Positions 50,930 to 64,000 of a stretch of 64,000 nucleotides of DNA are shown here, one piece after another; position 1 is the stretch's first letter; each line of letters begins with the position of its first letter. The notes below the pieces were generated by a model, which was not told the DNA's origin, made no database searches, and saw only the letters and a list, made by a program, of their open reading frames with translations. A program made the position numbers and the translations under genes. Location: positions 7,936,001 through 8,000,000 of the forward strand of contig JBITNC010000001.1 in NCBI GenBank assembly GCA_050084985.1. The letters are read 5' to 3'. The stretch comes from Nageia nagi (taxonomy: Eukaryota; Plantae; Pinophyta).

Positions 50930-52385
50930 TAGTGAAGTTAGTTAAGATAGATATCAATGATGATCTTGCGAACCCCAAGATAGTTTACATGGGGAATGTC
51001 TTAGATAAGTCAAAGAGATCAAAAGCCATATAAATGTTAAAGAATTATGCTAATGTATTTTCCTATAGTTATAAAGACATGCTAGGTATAGATCCTAATG
51101 TTGTAGTCCATAATATTGTTACTTAATTGGATGCTAATCCTCTCAAGAAAAAAACCTAGGAGGGTCGATTCAGATTAAAGAGGAGATTCAAAATTTGTTA
51201 AAGGCCAAGTTCATCCATTCCATCAACTATCCTTAGTGGGTATATAACATGGTCCCTATTAGAAAACCCAAAGGTTGCCTTAGAGTTTGTACAAATTTCA
51301 GAGATCTTAATGCAACTTGTTCGAAAGATGACTATCCACTACCTAACATATACATGCTAGTTGAAAATACGATCGCATATGAGATGTTCTCTCTTATGGA
51401 TGGTTTCTTAGACTATAATCAAATTTAGGTGGCCCCATATGATCAACATAAGATTGCATTCACCACCCTAGAATACTTATTGTTACAAATTCATGCCTTT
51501 TGGACTCAAAAATGTTAGTGCCACCTATTAGAGAGCCATGACCTATGTCTTCCATGACATGATGCATGACATCATGGAGGACTATGTGGATGACTTATTA
51601 GCCAAATATAGAACAATAAATTAGTATTTTAAAGTATTAGAGAAGCTATTCCAAAGGTTACTCAAGCACAATGTCAAATTGAATTCTAGGAAATGTGTTT
51701 TTGGAGTCACATCAGGCAAGTTACAAGGATTCATTATTTTCAAAAGAGGCATAGAAGTCAACCCTAAGAAAGTCACAACTATCATTAGTATGCCTCCTCC
51801 ACATCATATTAAGACTTTAAAAAGTCTTCAGGGTAAAATCCAGGCTATCAAATGGTTTATAACTTAACTATCCAGCAAGTGTTGTTCATTTAATGAGCTC
51901 CTTAAGAAGGGAGTGAAATTTAATTGGAACGAGGGTTGTAAAAAGGATTTTGACAACATCAAGCAATATATGCTTCATCCTCTTATTATTATTCTGCTTA
52001 GATATGGCATAACCTTTCATGTATATCTTTCAACCATTAACTTTGACCTAAGAGTCATGCTAGTACATAAAAATGATCAAGCCAAGGAGCAAGCCATATA
52101 TTATCTCATCTATATACTTGTCAACTATGAGCTTAGGTATGTATACATTGAGAAATTTTTCCTCACACTTATCTTTTCTATCAAGAAACTGAGACACTAT
52201 ATGCTTAATCATACTACCTATGTGATTGCTAAGGTTGATCCATTGAAATATATGATGAGTAAGGTGTATCATAATACGTGCACCACTAAATGGATCATGT
52301 TCTTATCTAATTTTAACCTAATATTTATTAGTTAGAAGTCCATTAAGGGTTAGGTTATAGCAAATCAACTACCAAAGGCACTTAT
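50930..52385 (+). pseudogene. RT and gypsy RNase H of the Ogre-like element
   Basis: SYKDMLGIDP, FRDLNATCSKDDYPLP, MDGFLDYNQI, MPFGLKN, DYVDDLL, KKLRHYML, DPLKYMM, KSIKG. Confidence 0.95.
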
Positions 52386-52488
52386 TTGAGCCACTACCCC
52401 TCTTGAGATCACCTTCCCTAATGAGGATGTTTTTAAGGTCGATGAGATTGAGGAGGTAGTTGACACTCAAGAAGACTATGATATGACT

Positions 52489-52850
52489 ATGTACTTCGAT
52501 GGGTCAAAGTGTGAAGAAGGGGGATGGGTTGGAGTTATTATCTTCACTCCTTAGGATGTCCTCATCATGTATTCCTTCAAGCTTGACTTCTCATGTATGA
52601 ATAATAATGCAGAGTATGAGGCACTTATTTTAGATCTTAAAGCATCCCTAAAGCTAAAACTTGAAAGGTTTCTTATCTATGGCGATTATCAACCGATACT
52701 TAATCAAATCTTGGGAACTTATCAATGTCATAATAAGTGTTTAAAGACTTACAGAGATGTGGCATTGAAGTTATTAAATTTATTAAAGCCTATAAGATTG
52801 AGATAGCTCCTAGTTCATCTAATCGGTTTGTAAACACTATAGCATCCTTA
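52489..52850 (+). pseudogene. Additional (archaeal-type) RNase H between RH and INT
   Basis: MYFDGSK...VGVII...CMNNNAEYEALIL...IYGDYQPILNQI. Confidence 0.92.
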
Positions 52851-52989
52851 CAATCTCTTATCCCTCCTAACCATCATAGGTATATTCAACATGTTTAGAT
52901 CATAAATTTGAAGGAGTGTACTCTTAAATCCCCTTTACCTCAGGGCCTATATTCGATCTCAATCAATGAGATCATTGTTGAACACCATG

Positions 52990-54252
52990 ACTTATGGTAT
53001 AAGTAGTTGTATGAATATCTCAAGTGGAATGCCACCCCCAACCTATCATCCGGTGAGAAAAGAACATTTAAGAAAAAAGGTTTCATGATATGCCATACGA
53101 GGGTATGTGGTTTATAAGTTTTCATATGATGGAGTTCTCTTTCAATGTTTAGAGATTTGTGACCAATAGATTTCTATACATACTTGTCATGATGGTATCT
53201 GTTGTGGACAATTCAATGTAATGACCATTGCTAAATGAATTTTGAGGATGGGATATTATTGGTTGACTATGGAAAAGGATTATCAAGAGTATATAAAAAA
53301 GTGCATTAAATATTAGCAACATTCTAATCTATAGCATCTTACCGCTCAGGCACTCAACCCCATTTAGTCTTTATGACCTTTTGTACAATGGGGTTTTGAT
53401 CTCATAGGTCAGCTTGTACCTCATTCTTTAGGTGGAAATAAGTTCATAATCACCATGATAGAGTATTTCACTTAGTGGATTGAGGTTGAGCCACTTGTGT
53501 CTACCATCGGTCCCAAGATCACCAATTTTATTGACACCCATATCATTTGTCAATTTGGCATCCCACATAAGATTACATCAGATAATGGGATGCATTTCAA
53601 GAATCAACATGTTAGGGCATTATGCAATGGTTATAATATCTATCATTCCTTCTCTTTATTGTATTATTCCTAAGGAAATGGTCATGCAAAAGCATTTGAT
53701 AAAACCATTATCACAATTTTGCAGAAGATGGTCAATAATAACCATAGAAACTAGCATGAGTTTCTCCCTTATGCTTTGTGGGCCTACTGCACTAGCATTA
53801 AGATACCCATAGGAGCTACCCCTTTCTCATTAGTCTATGATGCTGAAGCATTCATGCCGCTTGAGATAGAAATCCTATCTCTAAGAGTTCAATTACAAGG
53901 CCTCATTCTAGATGAGGATGCTAGGCAAGCTAGATTAGACCAGCTTACCCTTCTTGATGAGAGATGTGTCAATGCCATACAACATCATAAGGTCTATCAG
54001 GAATTACTAAAGCAAACATACAATAAAAAGGTATGACCCAAAGAGTTCAAAATTGGTGACTTAGTACTAAAATAAAATTAGCAGTAGTCACATCTTGAGA
54101 GGCCTTTACGAGACAAGTTCACACCAAATTGGTTAGGACCTTACATAGTCAAGAAGAAATTAGGTACATACACCTATCATTTGGAAAATCTAGAGGGATA
54201 TAAAAAGTTAGAGCCTATTAACATCCTCCATATTCATCCATTCTACATCTAG
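52990..54252 (+). pseudogene. Integrase of the Ogre-like element
   Basis: HDGICCGQF, MGYYWLTM, WGFDLIG, ITSDNG, TPFSLVY, PNWLGPY. Confidence 0.93.
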
Positions 54253-56949
54253 TTTACCTTACCTTGTTTATCTTTATATGTGTTTATTTTTTATTTGTTG
54301 GCTTAGTTAATTTGTGCTTGCATTTTTATATTGTCATATTTTCTTTGTTTGTCATATCATGTTATCCTGATCTAGTCAATCATTTATCTTACCCTAAATA
54401 TATAGGAATGGCTTATGTGCAACCATTTCCTTGGGCTTAGGTGTGTGTACCACTTCTTTTATTTCACCACTTTGTTTCTTTTTTGATCATCTCATCAGGA
54501 TTTGATACTTTATTAGTTCTCCAATTTTAGTTTCATCCTACCATTGTTGGATGCACAGAGGCCACCAGTCACTCATCTTCCTATCATGTGTTAGTACTTG
54601 TATCAATAGGTTATTTCTATCTTTTATCATCATCATACATTTAAATTTAATTTCCTCGCTCTTAGTCCTCATCTAAGTCGAGACTATTGGACATTATCTT
54701 CATTTTGAGATGAAGCAAGTACAGTCCTAGACATGAGTGGAAGCTACTCCCAAAATAACTTAGTTGAATCAAGTTGTTGCATTTGTTGGCATTTTCCTTT
54801 TCATTCATTATCTTCGTTTGTCTTGTTTGTTGTGTCAGATCCTTTGTATTCTCCTCGTGCAAAGATCCCATCTTCAACATTTTCACATGTCTATTTATGT
54901 CACTTGTCATCATACATGATCCATGTATTCTTGATGAGGATACAACCACTTATGTATCAATCACAATATCGGGTTTTTCAATAATCATTCCTTGGGGATT
55001 GATCATAAGCTATAGACTATCATGGTTTATAAGGGGAATACCATATGAACTTATCATGATTGATGAAATTGATGGATTCATATCAATTCATGGATGTGGG
55101 CCTTCCTTTTCCTAGTTTTGTTATTGTTCATATCTTTTTATGGTCATTTATTATTTCATCACATTTTGTTCGCTTTCATCATGCTTCGTATTTTATCATT
55201 TTATCAAAATTAGGTTTCATTTACCTTTCTTAGACTAATCTAACCTTGAAGATTTGATGATTAATTAGTTTCATTAGTTTCTCTTTCATTCTAGTATCAC
55301 TAGAAAGTCAGTTTCATTTGTTTTTGGTCACATCTCACCTATTTGTTTATAGTTCGAAGTTGGCCCCTCGTGCATGTGTGCACGATCATCATAGCATATT
55401 GACCTTTGTTGTATTATGGTCCCAAATTGTAAATTGTTCATGTTTTATCTCATTACATCTTATCATGTCATGTCACATCATTTCGAGTCATTTCGTAATC
55501 ATTCCATTACCCATTTTGGTTAAGGGACAAAGGTCCTAAAATTTGGCCCTTGTAAAACTTGGGCTATTTTATTTATCATTTTGGTGTTTCAAATGATGTA
55601 TTTTTTTAGATCCATCTTTTTCTAAGTACTTCACTACTATAAATGTGGTCATCATGTCAATTTTTGTATCCCAACTTCCTCGTTTGGTCAGGTTTTGTAA
55701 GCCATTTGTAGGCCTACCCAAAACAACACACTTTCAATGAGCATGAAAGGGTTGTCACCTTGGTCTAAGTAGCCTTTTATTTTAGCTTCAAAAATAGGCA
55801 AATGAACTTCATTTTTCAAACTGTTTGATCATGCACTTAGATTTTATTACTATCTATCATATCATCAAGATAGTTTGTCAAATAATTAGCATGGTCATTT
55901 GTTATGGTCCATTGAATTTCATAATTTTCACTTTTTCAAAAGTGTCATTTTCAATTTGGTTTAGTTTTGGTCCAATTGGTTGCATTGTTGTAGTGTCTTA
56001 ACTTAGTCTATGATTATGATTATTATGATCTATGTAAATCAAGTATTTTAGGGGGAGTCTACGATATATTTTGCCTCGTTTTATGCACCATCATGGTAAA
56101 ATTATGACAACATTTCAACTTTTGTTTGTTGCTTTTTAGTATTTTTTTATTATTATAGTTCTTTTGTTTTGCATTTGTGGGTCATTTTATTATGTTTTCT
56201 TATCTTTTATAATTCTTTTAAGTTTATTTTATATATTTTTAGGTATGCTTTTGTCAATTTTTGTTTGTGTCATGTTTGTTCATTTTATTCATCGTTAATT
56301 TATCTTGTGCTTGTTTAGCACTTAATTAGTTATCATTATCCATTATTTATCCTATGTTTATTTATTTATGATTATCATTTGTGTTTACTATTTTGTGTTT
56401 TGTTGTGTGTTAAGCATACAAGTTCATTTACTAGGTGATGTGATTAATCATACAAGTCCATTTTAAGTGTTCTTTTTAAGGTTAATTTTAAAGTTCTTTT
56501 TAAGTTCATTTTATGTCATTTAAGGTTTTTTTTTCTATATTTATTTAAGGTTCATTGTAGTCTTGGGACATCCATTTAGTAGCATCAAAGTAAACACATC
56601 CATACATCCATAATAATCATGTACATAATAATGTAGTCCCATAAAGCCATCATATCACATAGAGGCATGTCAAAAAGGTACATCTATGTCCATCATCATA
56701 CATCCATACAATATCCACATACATATAGGGTCAATAACAAGTCATCATATCATATCATATCATATAACATGTCAGTATAACATTCATACATGAGAGCATA
56801 TAATGAGTCCATAATATGTGTCACGTATACAAAATAAATGCATCATAAGGTACCCATCAATATCTGAACATACATAAATATTTAGCTCATAGATGCATAT
56901 ATAATCTCGCATGCATTAGGGCACCAAAAATAGTACATAGAGTTAGGTC

Positions 56950-59400
56950 ATATGCCTATATCCCTATAATTTAGGGTCATCCCTCCTCCTATGCTAGTTA
57001 GGGGGAGTGATTATCTCCCCTTGCCCCTCCATCTGAACCCTTGATGAGCTACTCTTGCTTGCTACACCACTCTAACCCATTGAGGGTGGTGACTTGAAGA
57101 ATCTCCCTACAACCTGAGAGATGGCTCACTTAATTAGTCCACCTATACTTGCATTTATCTCACCCATTATCTCCATACTTATGGTCATGGTGGTATTTTC
57201 TATCACTACTACTTGTGTTGTCATTGACTATCTCATCAAATGCCCCTCGTTGCATTGGCTCTATGCCACCCTCTTGATATACTCTTGGCTATGGACATAT
57301 CATTGATGTCTCAGTATCGATAGGAATCAACCCTACCTCTATGAGATATCAATGCCATGTTATATGTATAATAGTGGACCTATCCACCTCATCTAATGCT
57401 TAGCTTAGCTACCTATCCATATCACTTGATACTATAGGAGGCCATATAGTTGCACCTATCATTTGTGAGTCCATCTAGATCACCATGTACACCAGTATAT
57501 TAGCTCTATCTCCTAATATTATGAGTAGAGCATCAATATAGGTACTGACCTCTACATTAAGGCCCATGCCCCCACTTCTCATGATCAAATCGCATCCCTC
57601 TCCCTCATAACTGCTACATAAGATATCAACAATATCTATAAGGTCCCAAACTAGTCCTTTATTGCTATCATGGTCACCTACTCGATCTTTAGCTGATCCT
57701 ATAGTATGTAAGCGAGCCCCTCTATAGTCACTCACATTATCTTAGTTATCACATGTGCTTCCTCTTTTATGGTCTTAGTGGCCTGCTCTCTTATCTGTTG
57801 GCTCTACATCGTGATCATCTATGCTTAAATGGTGTCAACTTATGCTTGTAGAGTGTCACACTCTACTCAAAGTTGCATAGTTTAAGGGTATTTGAGCTCC
57901 TATAGCTTGAATTATGGGTCCTACCATTGGGCTCCTCTATGTCCTCCTAATATGGCTACTTTAGGATGTATAGATCCATTGGAAGAGCCTCATGATCCTC
58001 TCCCTCATCATAGGCATCATTGCCCTCTTTGTCACCTTCACCCTAGGCATCATTGCCCTCTCCATCACCTTCACCCTGGGTATCATCACACCTCTCCCTC
58101 ATCTTCCTTGATCTTTTTAGTTACCTCCTTAACACCTAGGCTAACCCTTCCCTATGGGACCCATGGTTCTATAGTAGGTGCTCTCATTTAACTCTCTGTA
58201 ATTAGCCATTCCAAAAGCTAGTTCCTTAATGGGGTACACCATGCATCATATCTTATGTAGTGCTTTCATCATCCATCATTTCCTTAACAAATGGTGCATT
58301 TGGTGCCACATCCATCTCAATGTATGCCAACCTCAACCTCTTCAGGGCATCTCTATCCACCCTATTTTAAATTTCCAACTCTAGCGGTACATCATGTACC
58401 ATTCCATGCTAGTGTTGGACCCTCTCAAATTTAAATATTGCTACATCCCTCATGTGCCTCCCCCACACATGTTTGGTCCTGTAATCTCTCTCTAATTGTG
58501 TAATATCCTTTTCCCATGTGATACCTCCTTGATATGGATGATATATCATATTTTGGGATTGCAACCTTGCTAGCATGTCCCTGTACCAATCAATATGTCC
58601 CTAATGGGGATCCCTCCTTGATCACTCATGCTCATGCTCCTAGCACTGAGTGTATAATAGCTCTATCCCTACCATCAAGGGGATGTCCCTCATCATATTT
58701 AGTCTATGTACATTAACAATAATTCCATTTGTTCTCCCTTATCAAATATGTTCCTAGGCCCACACCTAGAGTAAGAGCGAGGTACTAACACCTCATTTTC
58801 CTCTAGCAACCACTACTAACTCTCTATAGGTATACACTAGCAATTTTGGCCCCCAAGAAAACATCATATCCTCTTGAACCATCCTAATGACCACCTTGAA
58901 CATGTTTCAAGGGAACCTAGGTCTCAAGGAATTTGGTAAGATAAAGAATGAAATTAGGAGCATAGCCATCACCTCCCTATGTTTGAGGTGACCCTACTGA
59001 TAAAGGGGAGTAATGAGCACCCCTCCATTAGAGAGGTCCTATGTTTGATAGCCCTCATTGATATAAGGTTTGATGACCACTATGTTAATGGTAATAATGA
59101 TTTGATCTCCCTCGAGTAGGACTCTAAAAATTCAATATATGTCCTCCAAAGTCACTATCATCTCCCATGTTGGGAGAAAAAATATGCATTAATTAGGATC
59201 AAAGTACCCTCAGAGTATGATCATGTAGGAGGTGTCTCCCTTGATAGGGAGAATCCTTGTGGCTCCTACAAGCCCCATCACCTCCAGCCAGTTCCAATTA
59301 GTTGGTGTCAATGCTGCTTGCACCTCTATCTAGAGTGGTTGAAACTTATGCTTGAGTTTCATTTGGCATAAATTTTGAGAGGTTAGTATTTATCATGTCT
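56950..59400 (-). pseudogene. Antisense extra ORF of the Ogre-like element, with a plant mobile domain (aminotransferase-like PMD) and coiled-coil tail
   Basis: WLEVMGL...YFDPN*CIFFLPTWEMIVTLEDIY*IFRVLLEG (~59290-59105) matches the PMD motif F.LP.GE.T.TLEDV..ILGLP..G; FERVQH at ~58425; 33-bp repeat at 58011/58044. Boundaries approximate. Confidence 0.75.
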
Positions 59401-61046
59401 ATTTCAAATTTAGTGACCTCTACATCTAAGTCAGTCCTATGTGTCACCTAGGATTTCCATTTGCATTTTCATCTAAGTTACATTTCTCATATTTCAAATG
59501 GTTTCACTTAAGTGAAAATCATTCTTATCAAGGGTGATTGGATCAACATAGTCATCTAGGTTTCAAATGATTGGTTAAGTCATCTGGATAATTTTTAGAG
59601 TCATCTTCCATCTAAACGACCCTTAAATCAGATCATCCAAGATCTGAATGATTTACAAAGTCTTATTTTTTAAAAAATAACTAACACCCAAGATAAAAAT
59701 TTAACAATCAATAGTTTACCATGGTCTAATAAAGCAACCAAATTTGTCTTTAATCTATTGAATAGTACTTTGTATTTTGTCTCAATATTTTAAAATTAAG
59801 GCCTATGCTTCTATATTGTGTTAGGTTTTAAGTTATAGTTTTACCCTACATTTTCTCAATAGGTGTGCTTAATCCTAATATATTATCTAAGCTACTATTT
59901 ATATTACTTGTACATGCAACTATAGGCATGTTTCCATATATTCTATGTGTTGGAGGGTTTATCATTACATTAAAACTATTATTTGCAACAACTAAAATCC
60001 ATTAAATTACAATGACAAGGAAGGTTTTGTTTCACCCTATGTTAAACCTATTTTCATCCAGTGTTTGCTTAACCAATGCAAAAGGAATGTAAAGTAAATA
60101 AATTCATTATTTCAATAATAACATATTGTTTGAAGTAACAAGATCATGCAATAACAAACACAAACATGAAAATCAAAGAAAAAATAAAAGAAAAGGGGCC
60201 TAATCTCTAATTACTAGTTCCCCTTTGAGAACATACTTCTCTTTTTAAATAACCATAATAGTCAATTGAAACACTTGCATGTAAACAAAAAAATAAGAAT
60301 AAAAAATAGTAAGTAAACCCATGAAATGAAAAATGTTCTTAACCTACTATTTTTGGTGGTGTTGTTTAGGGGTTTTAACCTATGGTCTATTGGTCAACTA
60401 AACTAGAAGGCCAAATTATTATTTAATATTTTTAAATAGTTTAGCAGTCAAGAAATCAAACTATAATAATAAGCAAAAAGTAAAGCAACAAGAAGCATGA
60501 GTTTGACCACCACCTTCTTGGGATGTGGTTCCTTCCCTCCACCAAGTGGACTTCCCATCAAACCCATCACTACCATCTTGTCTCTCTTCAATCTATCACC
60601 TTCTCTATTCAATTCATCATTCACTCAATAAAATTCAATAACAATAAATAAGTGCATAATAAAAATCAAAATGTAAACAATTCAAAATAATAGTCAAATC
60701 TCATTTTTACTTTTTATTTTTCCATTTTTCCCTAATCAGATCGTTTGGAACCCTATTCGATTGAATGATCCACCATTCATTTGAATGATTTTCTCTATCT
60801 TTATCATATTTTATCAACTTTTGGTCATGATTATCATTTATTAATCTATTCAATCAAACAGTCAGGCATCTTGCACCATCATCCATCACACCTTCCTATT
60901 TGAGGGTGAGAGATTCATGCATGATTTTAAACTGATCAATTTTTTATAATCTTAGTAGGTACATCATTAGCTTTGTTAAGGGCATGTTGAATGCATGGTC
61001 AACCTTTCTTGCATCATAAATATTTGTTGGATGATTATCAATTTGG

Positions 61047-61480
61047 CATGGTGGATTGGCAATCAACATATTCTGACATCATCATGTTCGACATGGTCAT
61101 TTTAGTTCCTCATGATGGATTAGTAATAAACATATTCTACCATCATGTTTGACATTGTCACTTTACCATGATATGATTGATTAGAAATTAACATACTCAG
61201 ATATCATCATGTTTGGCTTGGTCATTCTTGTGCAAGCATCCTATGCTTGCATGCTATGATCCCATGCTTGGTAGGTCTATGTGCCTATGATCATTTCCCC
61301 TTAGCTGCTAGGGCAAAGCAAAGATCATTGTCATTGGGAACTTTTGTATGAGTGTCATACACTTGTGTGCTATGGTTCCACACTTGGTAGGTTTGTGAGC
61401 CTATGATCATCACCCTTCAACTACTGGGGCAAAGTAGAGTTAGACATCCTTCGACTGCTAGGGAAAAGTAGAGATCATTT
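61047..61480. repeat. Tandem repeat arrays in the Ogre-like 3' region (~63 bp x3, then ~118 bp x2)
   Basis: GATT..AAT.AACATA...CATCATGTT recurs three times in 61047-61230; TGCTATG..CC...CTTGGTAGGT...CCTATGATCAT...GGGCAAAG occurs twice in 61252-61480. Confidence 0.75.
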
Positions 61481-64000
61481 TCCTTTTTGTACTTATATTA
61501 GTTTATATTAAATTTTTTCTTTATTAATGGCTACTTGATCTACTTGGGAAATTTTTTCATAGTTATAGTAGTACAAGATCCAATTCTATCTTATATGACT
61601 TATCATGTGCTGAAAATAAACTTCATTTGATCCTCATGGTACTCGATTATGTATTATACAGCCTATCATGCATCGAAATCATACTAGGGTTGAGTGATTA
61701 GGATGATCTTATAATACTTATCATGTGCTAAAACCAGCTCTCATCTTGAACATTGTGCTATCATAAATCATTTATCATTATTAACTATTAGGTTATTATC
61801 AAATTATTAGTTTAACATGTTTTTGTACTTAGCTTCTCATAGGTTCGAAGCTCAGCACAAAAAGGGGCAACTGTAAACACCCTAAAAATACATTTTGCTT
61901 TGTTGAAAGGGTTACATTGACATTTTGGCATTTATCATGTATTATTCTATCATACTTGGCTAACATGTATTTATAGGTTCTTCAACCAGATTGATTGAGT
62001 CAATTTCAACCTTTAAGTTATTCTAACACTTTTATTACTAGTCACCTGGATGACTTGCTAGTTGCCTAGATGATATTGCAAGTATCATAATCACCTAAAT
62101 GATCTTGATTGAGTATAATAAAATCTAGTGGGTTCACATTTTGAGCCTCTTCTTATACATTTTTACATGTTCTTGCATAGACTCTATGAACTCTACATTT
62201 TCTTATGCTCATACTAGGGTTTTGTGACATCATTGCAAAGGCTACATCATATCTTAAGCTCTCCTCTCTACAACTTGGGCACACTTCACCATGCTTCATG
62301 GATTGAGGTACCTTTTAGTTATTTAAGATTTTCTTAGGTTATTAATGGTTGATTTCATAGTCAATTATAGATTTGAAGCTCAAAGTATTCTTAATTGAAG
62401 AGTTGTATCTTTGATTTAATCATAGATCTGCAATTGTGTGATACATTACATAGTTATTTAGGCTAATTCATCTTAGAGTTTTAAGCTAGGGTTTTAATTT
62501 TAAGGTCTAAACCCTGAGGTTTAAAAATTATTTATTGTTGATTCTCTAGCATTGGAGCATTTAGATCTATTCTTTGTAGCTTTAAATTCATAGTTATTAT
62601 TATCATACTTTTTCATTTGGATAGATATTTAAGTTTACATTATCTTCATCAAATATTTATCATAACTTTGTCAACTATCTTTATCATTTATCATTGTATA
62701 ATCATTTTCCCATAGTATTTATGAGTCTAAATCATTATTTCATCATAGGCATTGTGATCTTTTCTAGCAACCATTTGATTGTGGATTAGGGTAACTACAA
62801 CCTCTTGGAGTTGGGGTTTCACCTCAATTGGACAATCATAAGGTCTAAAGGACTTGTTATTTGAGGTCATCACTACTCTTTATTTTTTTCCTTTCATATC
62901 TTGACATCATTTGCATCATTGAAGCATAAAGGAATATCTCTAAACCCTCTCTTGTCATTATTTTCAAGTCATATCATAGGAAAAATATATTTGAATGAAT
63001 CAAGATTCTTTGAGTACTCATAAATATTGTGAGTGATTCAAAAGCCAGGATTTTGACCCATTCACACTTATCATTGACTATGAGTTTGTTAAATGCCCAA
63101 AAGTTGATACAAATTTTCCATGAATGATCCTTCTTATGAACCATTATAATAGGATAATAATGAGGACTTAAAATAGGTTGAATGATACTTGCTTCTAATA
63201 TTTCATTCACCAATTTATCAATCTCATTATTTTGTAGATAGAGGTAGCGATAAGAATGAAAGTTGTATGGATTCTTTATCAAAATTAATTAGATGGCATG
63301 ATCATGAGGAAGACATGGGGGAAACCCATTAAAAACTTTAAAAATACCTTCATGGTGTGCTAACAACTAATGAATTTCCTCTAGTTCACTATATCCTTTC
63401 TTTATTGGTTGGATTGATAATAATTGCACCACCATGCCTTTTCCTGCATCATGAAGAAGCTTTTCCATATAGTGGTAAATAATAATTTGTGATGGCATTG
63501 AGTGGATTCCCTTAAGAGTATATTTTTATCCCCTGACAATTAATTATATCTAAAGTTGAAAAAAATCCCAAAGGATAGGCCCCAACATTCACAACCATTG
63601 AGTGCCAAGGACCACATCGTATCCTCCAAATGGAAGGGAATACATGTCATTTTGTAATTGATATTCTTCCATGTTGAGTTTGAAATTTATATATGTTTCT
63701 TTACAAGAAATATTTCTACCATTACCAATCATAACTTCAAAACTATTTTGAGGTTGTAGATAACAATTAACATTTTTTGCTACCCTTGGGTCAATGAAAT
63801 TATGTGTGCTCCCTCAATCGATCAATACAACAAGATTTTATCCCTTTAAATATTCATAAAATCTAATAGTTTATGGGGAATGAAATTTCAAATTATTATT
63901 ACAAGAAATATTTGGAGTATCCTTAATGAAATTACTAGTTTCCTCCACCATGTACATGACTACATCCTTATATACCTCAAATGGTGGCTCGATTGGGATG

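Larger units (their letters stand above)
44258..63066 (+). mobile_element. Full-length degenerate Ogre-like Tat Ty3/gypsy element (18.8 kb) inserted in the chromovirus RT
   Basis: LTRs 44258..45415 and 61872..63066 (T[A/G]TAAACACCC...GACCCATTCACA); TSD CTTAT at 44253-44257 and 63067-63071; PBS TGGAGATCATGGTGGGA at 45418-45434 (tRNA-Arg-like); PPT AAAAAGGGGCAAC at 61859-61871. Confidence 0.95.
38540..64000 (-). mobile_element. Chromodomain-bearing Ty3/gypsy element (chromovirus, Reina-like), interrupted twice and extending past the window end
   Basis: 3' LTR 38540..38897 (TGTT..AACA) preceded on the minus strand by PPT AAGAGGGATGGTA; chromodomain, INT, RH (DASKVGLG), RT and PR (LID*GSTHNFID, ~63790-63830) in segments 38898..40081, 42930..44257 and 63072..64000. 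Confidence 0.92.

Noticed and set aside
54662-55539. Hydrophobic ORFs after the Ogre integrase, possible env-like gene
   Set aside because: Short overlapping ORFs in T-rich 3' UTR sequence; hydrophobicity follows from base composition.
62974-63282. 102-aa minus-strand ORF as a standalone gene
   Set aside because: Chimeric: chromovirus RT N-terminus reading into the Ogre-like LTR at the insertion junction.
1-64000. tRNA, rRNA or prokaryote-style defence or operon systems
   Set aside because: None seen; the only tRNA-related sequences are retroelement primer-binding sites.

Overview
Eukaryotic plant nuclear DNA, AT-rich and strongly CpG/CpHpG-depleted. The transposon repertoire suggests a gymnosperm-like large genome (inference). 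The only clearly intact host gene is an intronless histone H2B (34546..34974, minus strand) with a recognisable plant histone promoter. Most of the rest is old, nested transposon sequence. (i) An L1-type LINE ORF2 (~2.3-21.8 kb) is split by three LTR insertions, each with a 5-bp TSD: a solo LTR, a 2.4-kb gag-only non-autonomous element, and a 12.8-kb Tat-type Ty3/gypsy element with PR-aRH-RT-RH-INT order, two PBSs and a long 3' extra ORF. (ii) A decayed PLS-class PPR gene is interrupted by a solo LTR and a non-autonomous MULE. (iii) A chromodomain-bearing gypsy element (38.5 kb to beyond the window end) is split by a non-autonomous CACTA element and by an 18.8-kb Ogre-like element (G-patch, RT-RH-aRH-INT, antisense plant-mobile-domain ORF, 3' tandem arrays). 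The most notable observation is that the CACTA element carries a captured histone H2B 5' module (decayed Oct/CCAAT/TATA promoter, 5'UTR and about 23 codons), about 5 kb from the intact H2B gene. All alignments were done by eye; TSD and LTR edges were counted directly, while domain boundaries are approximate.
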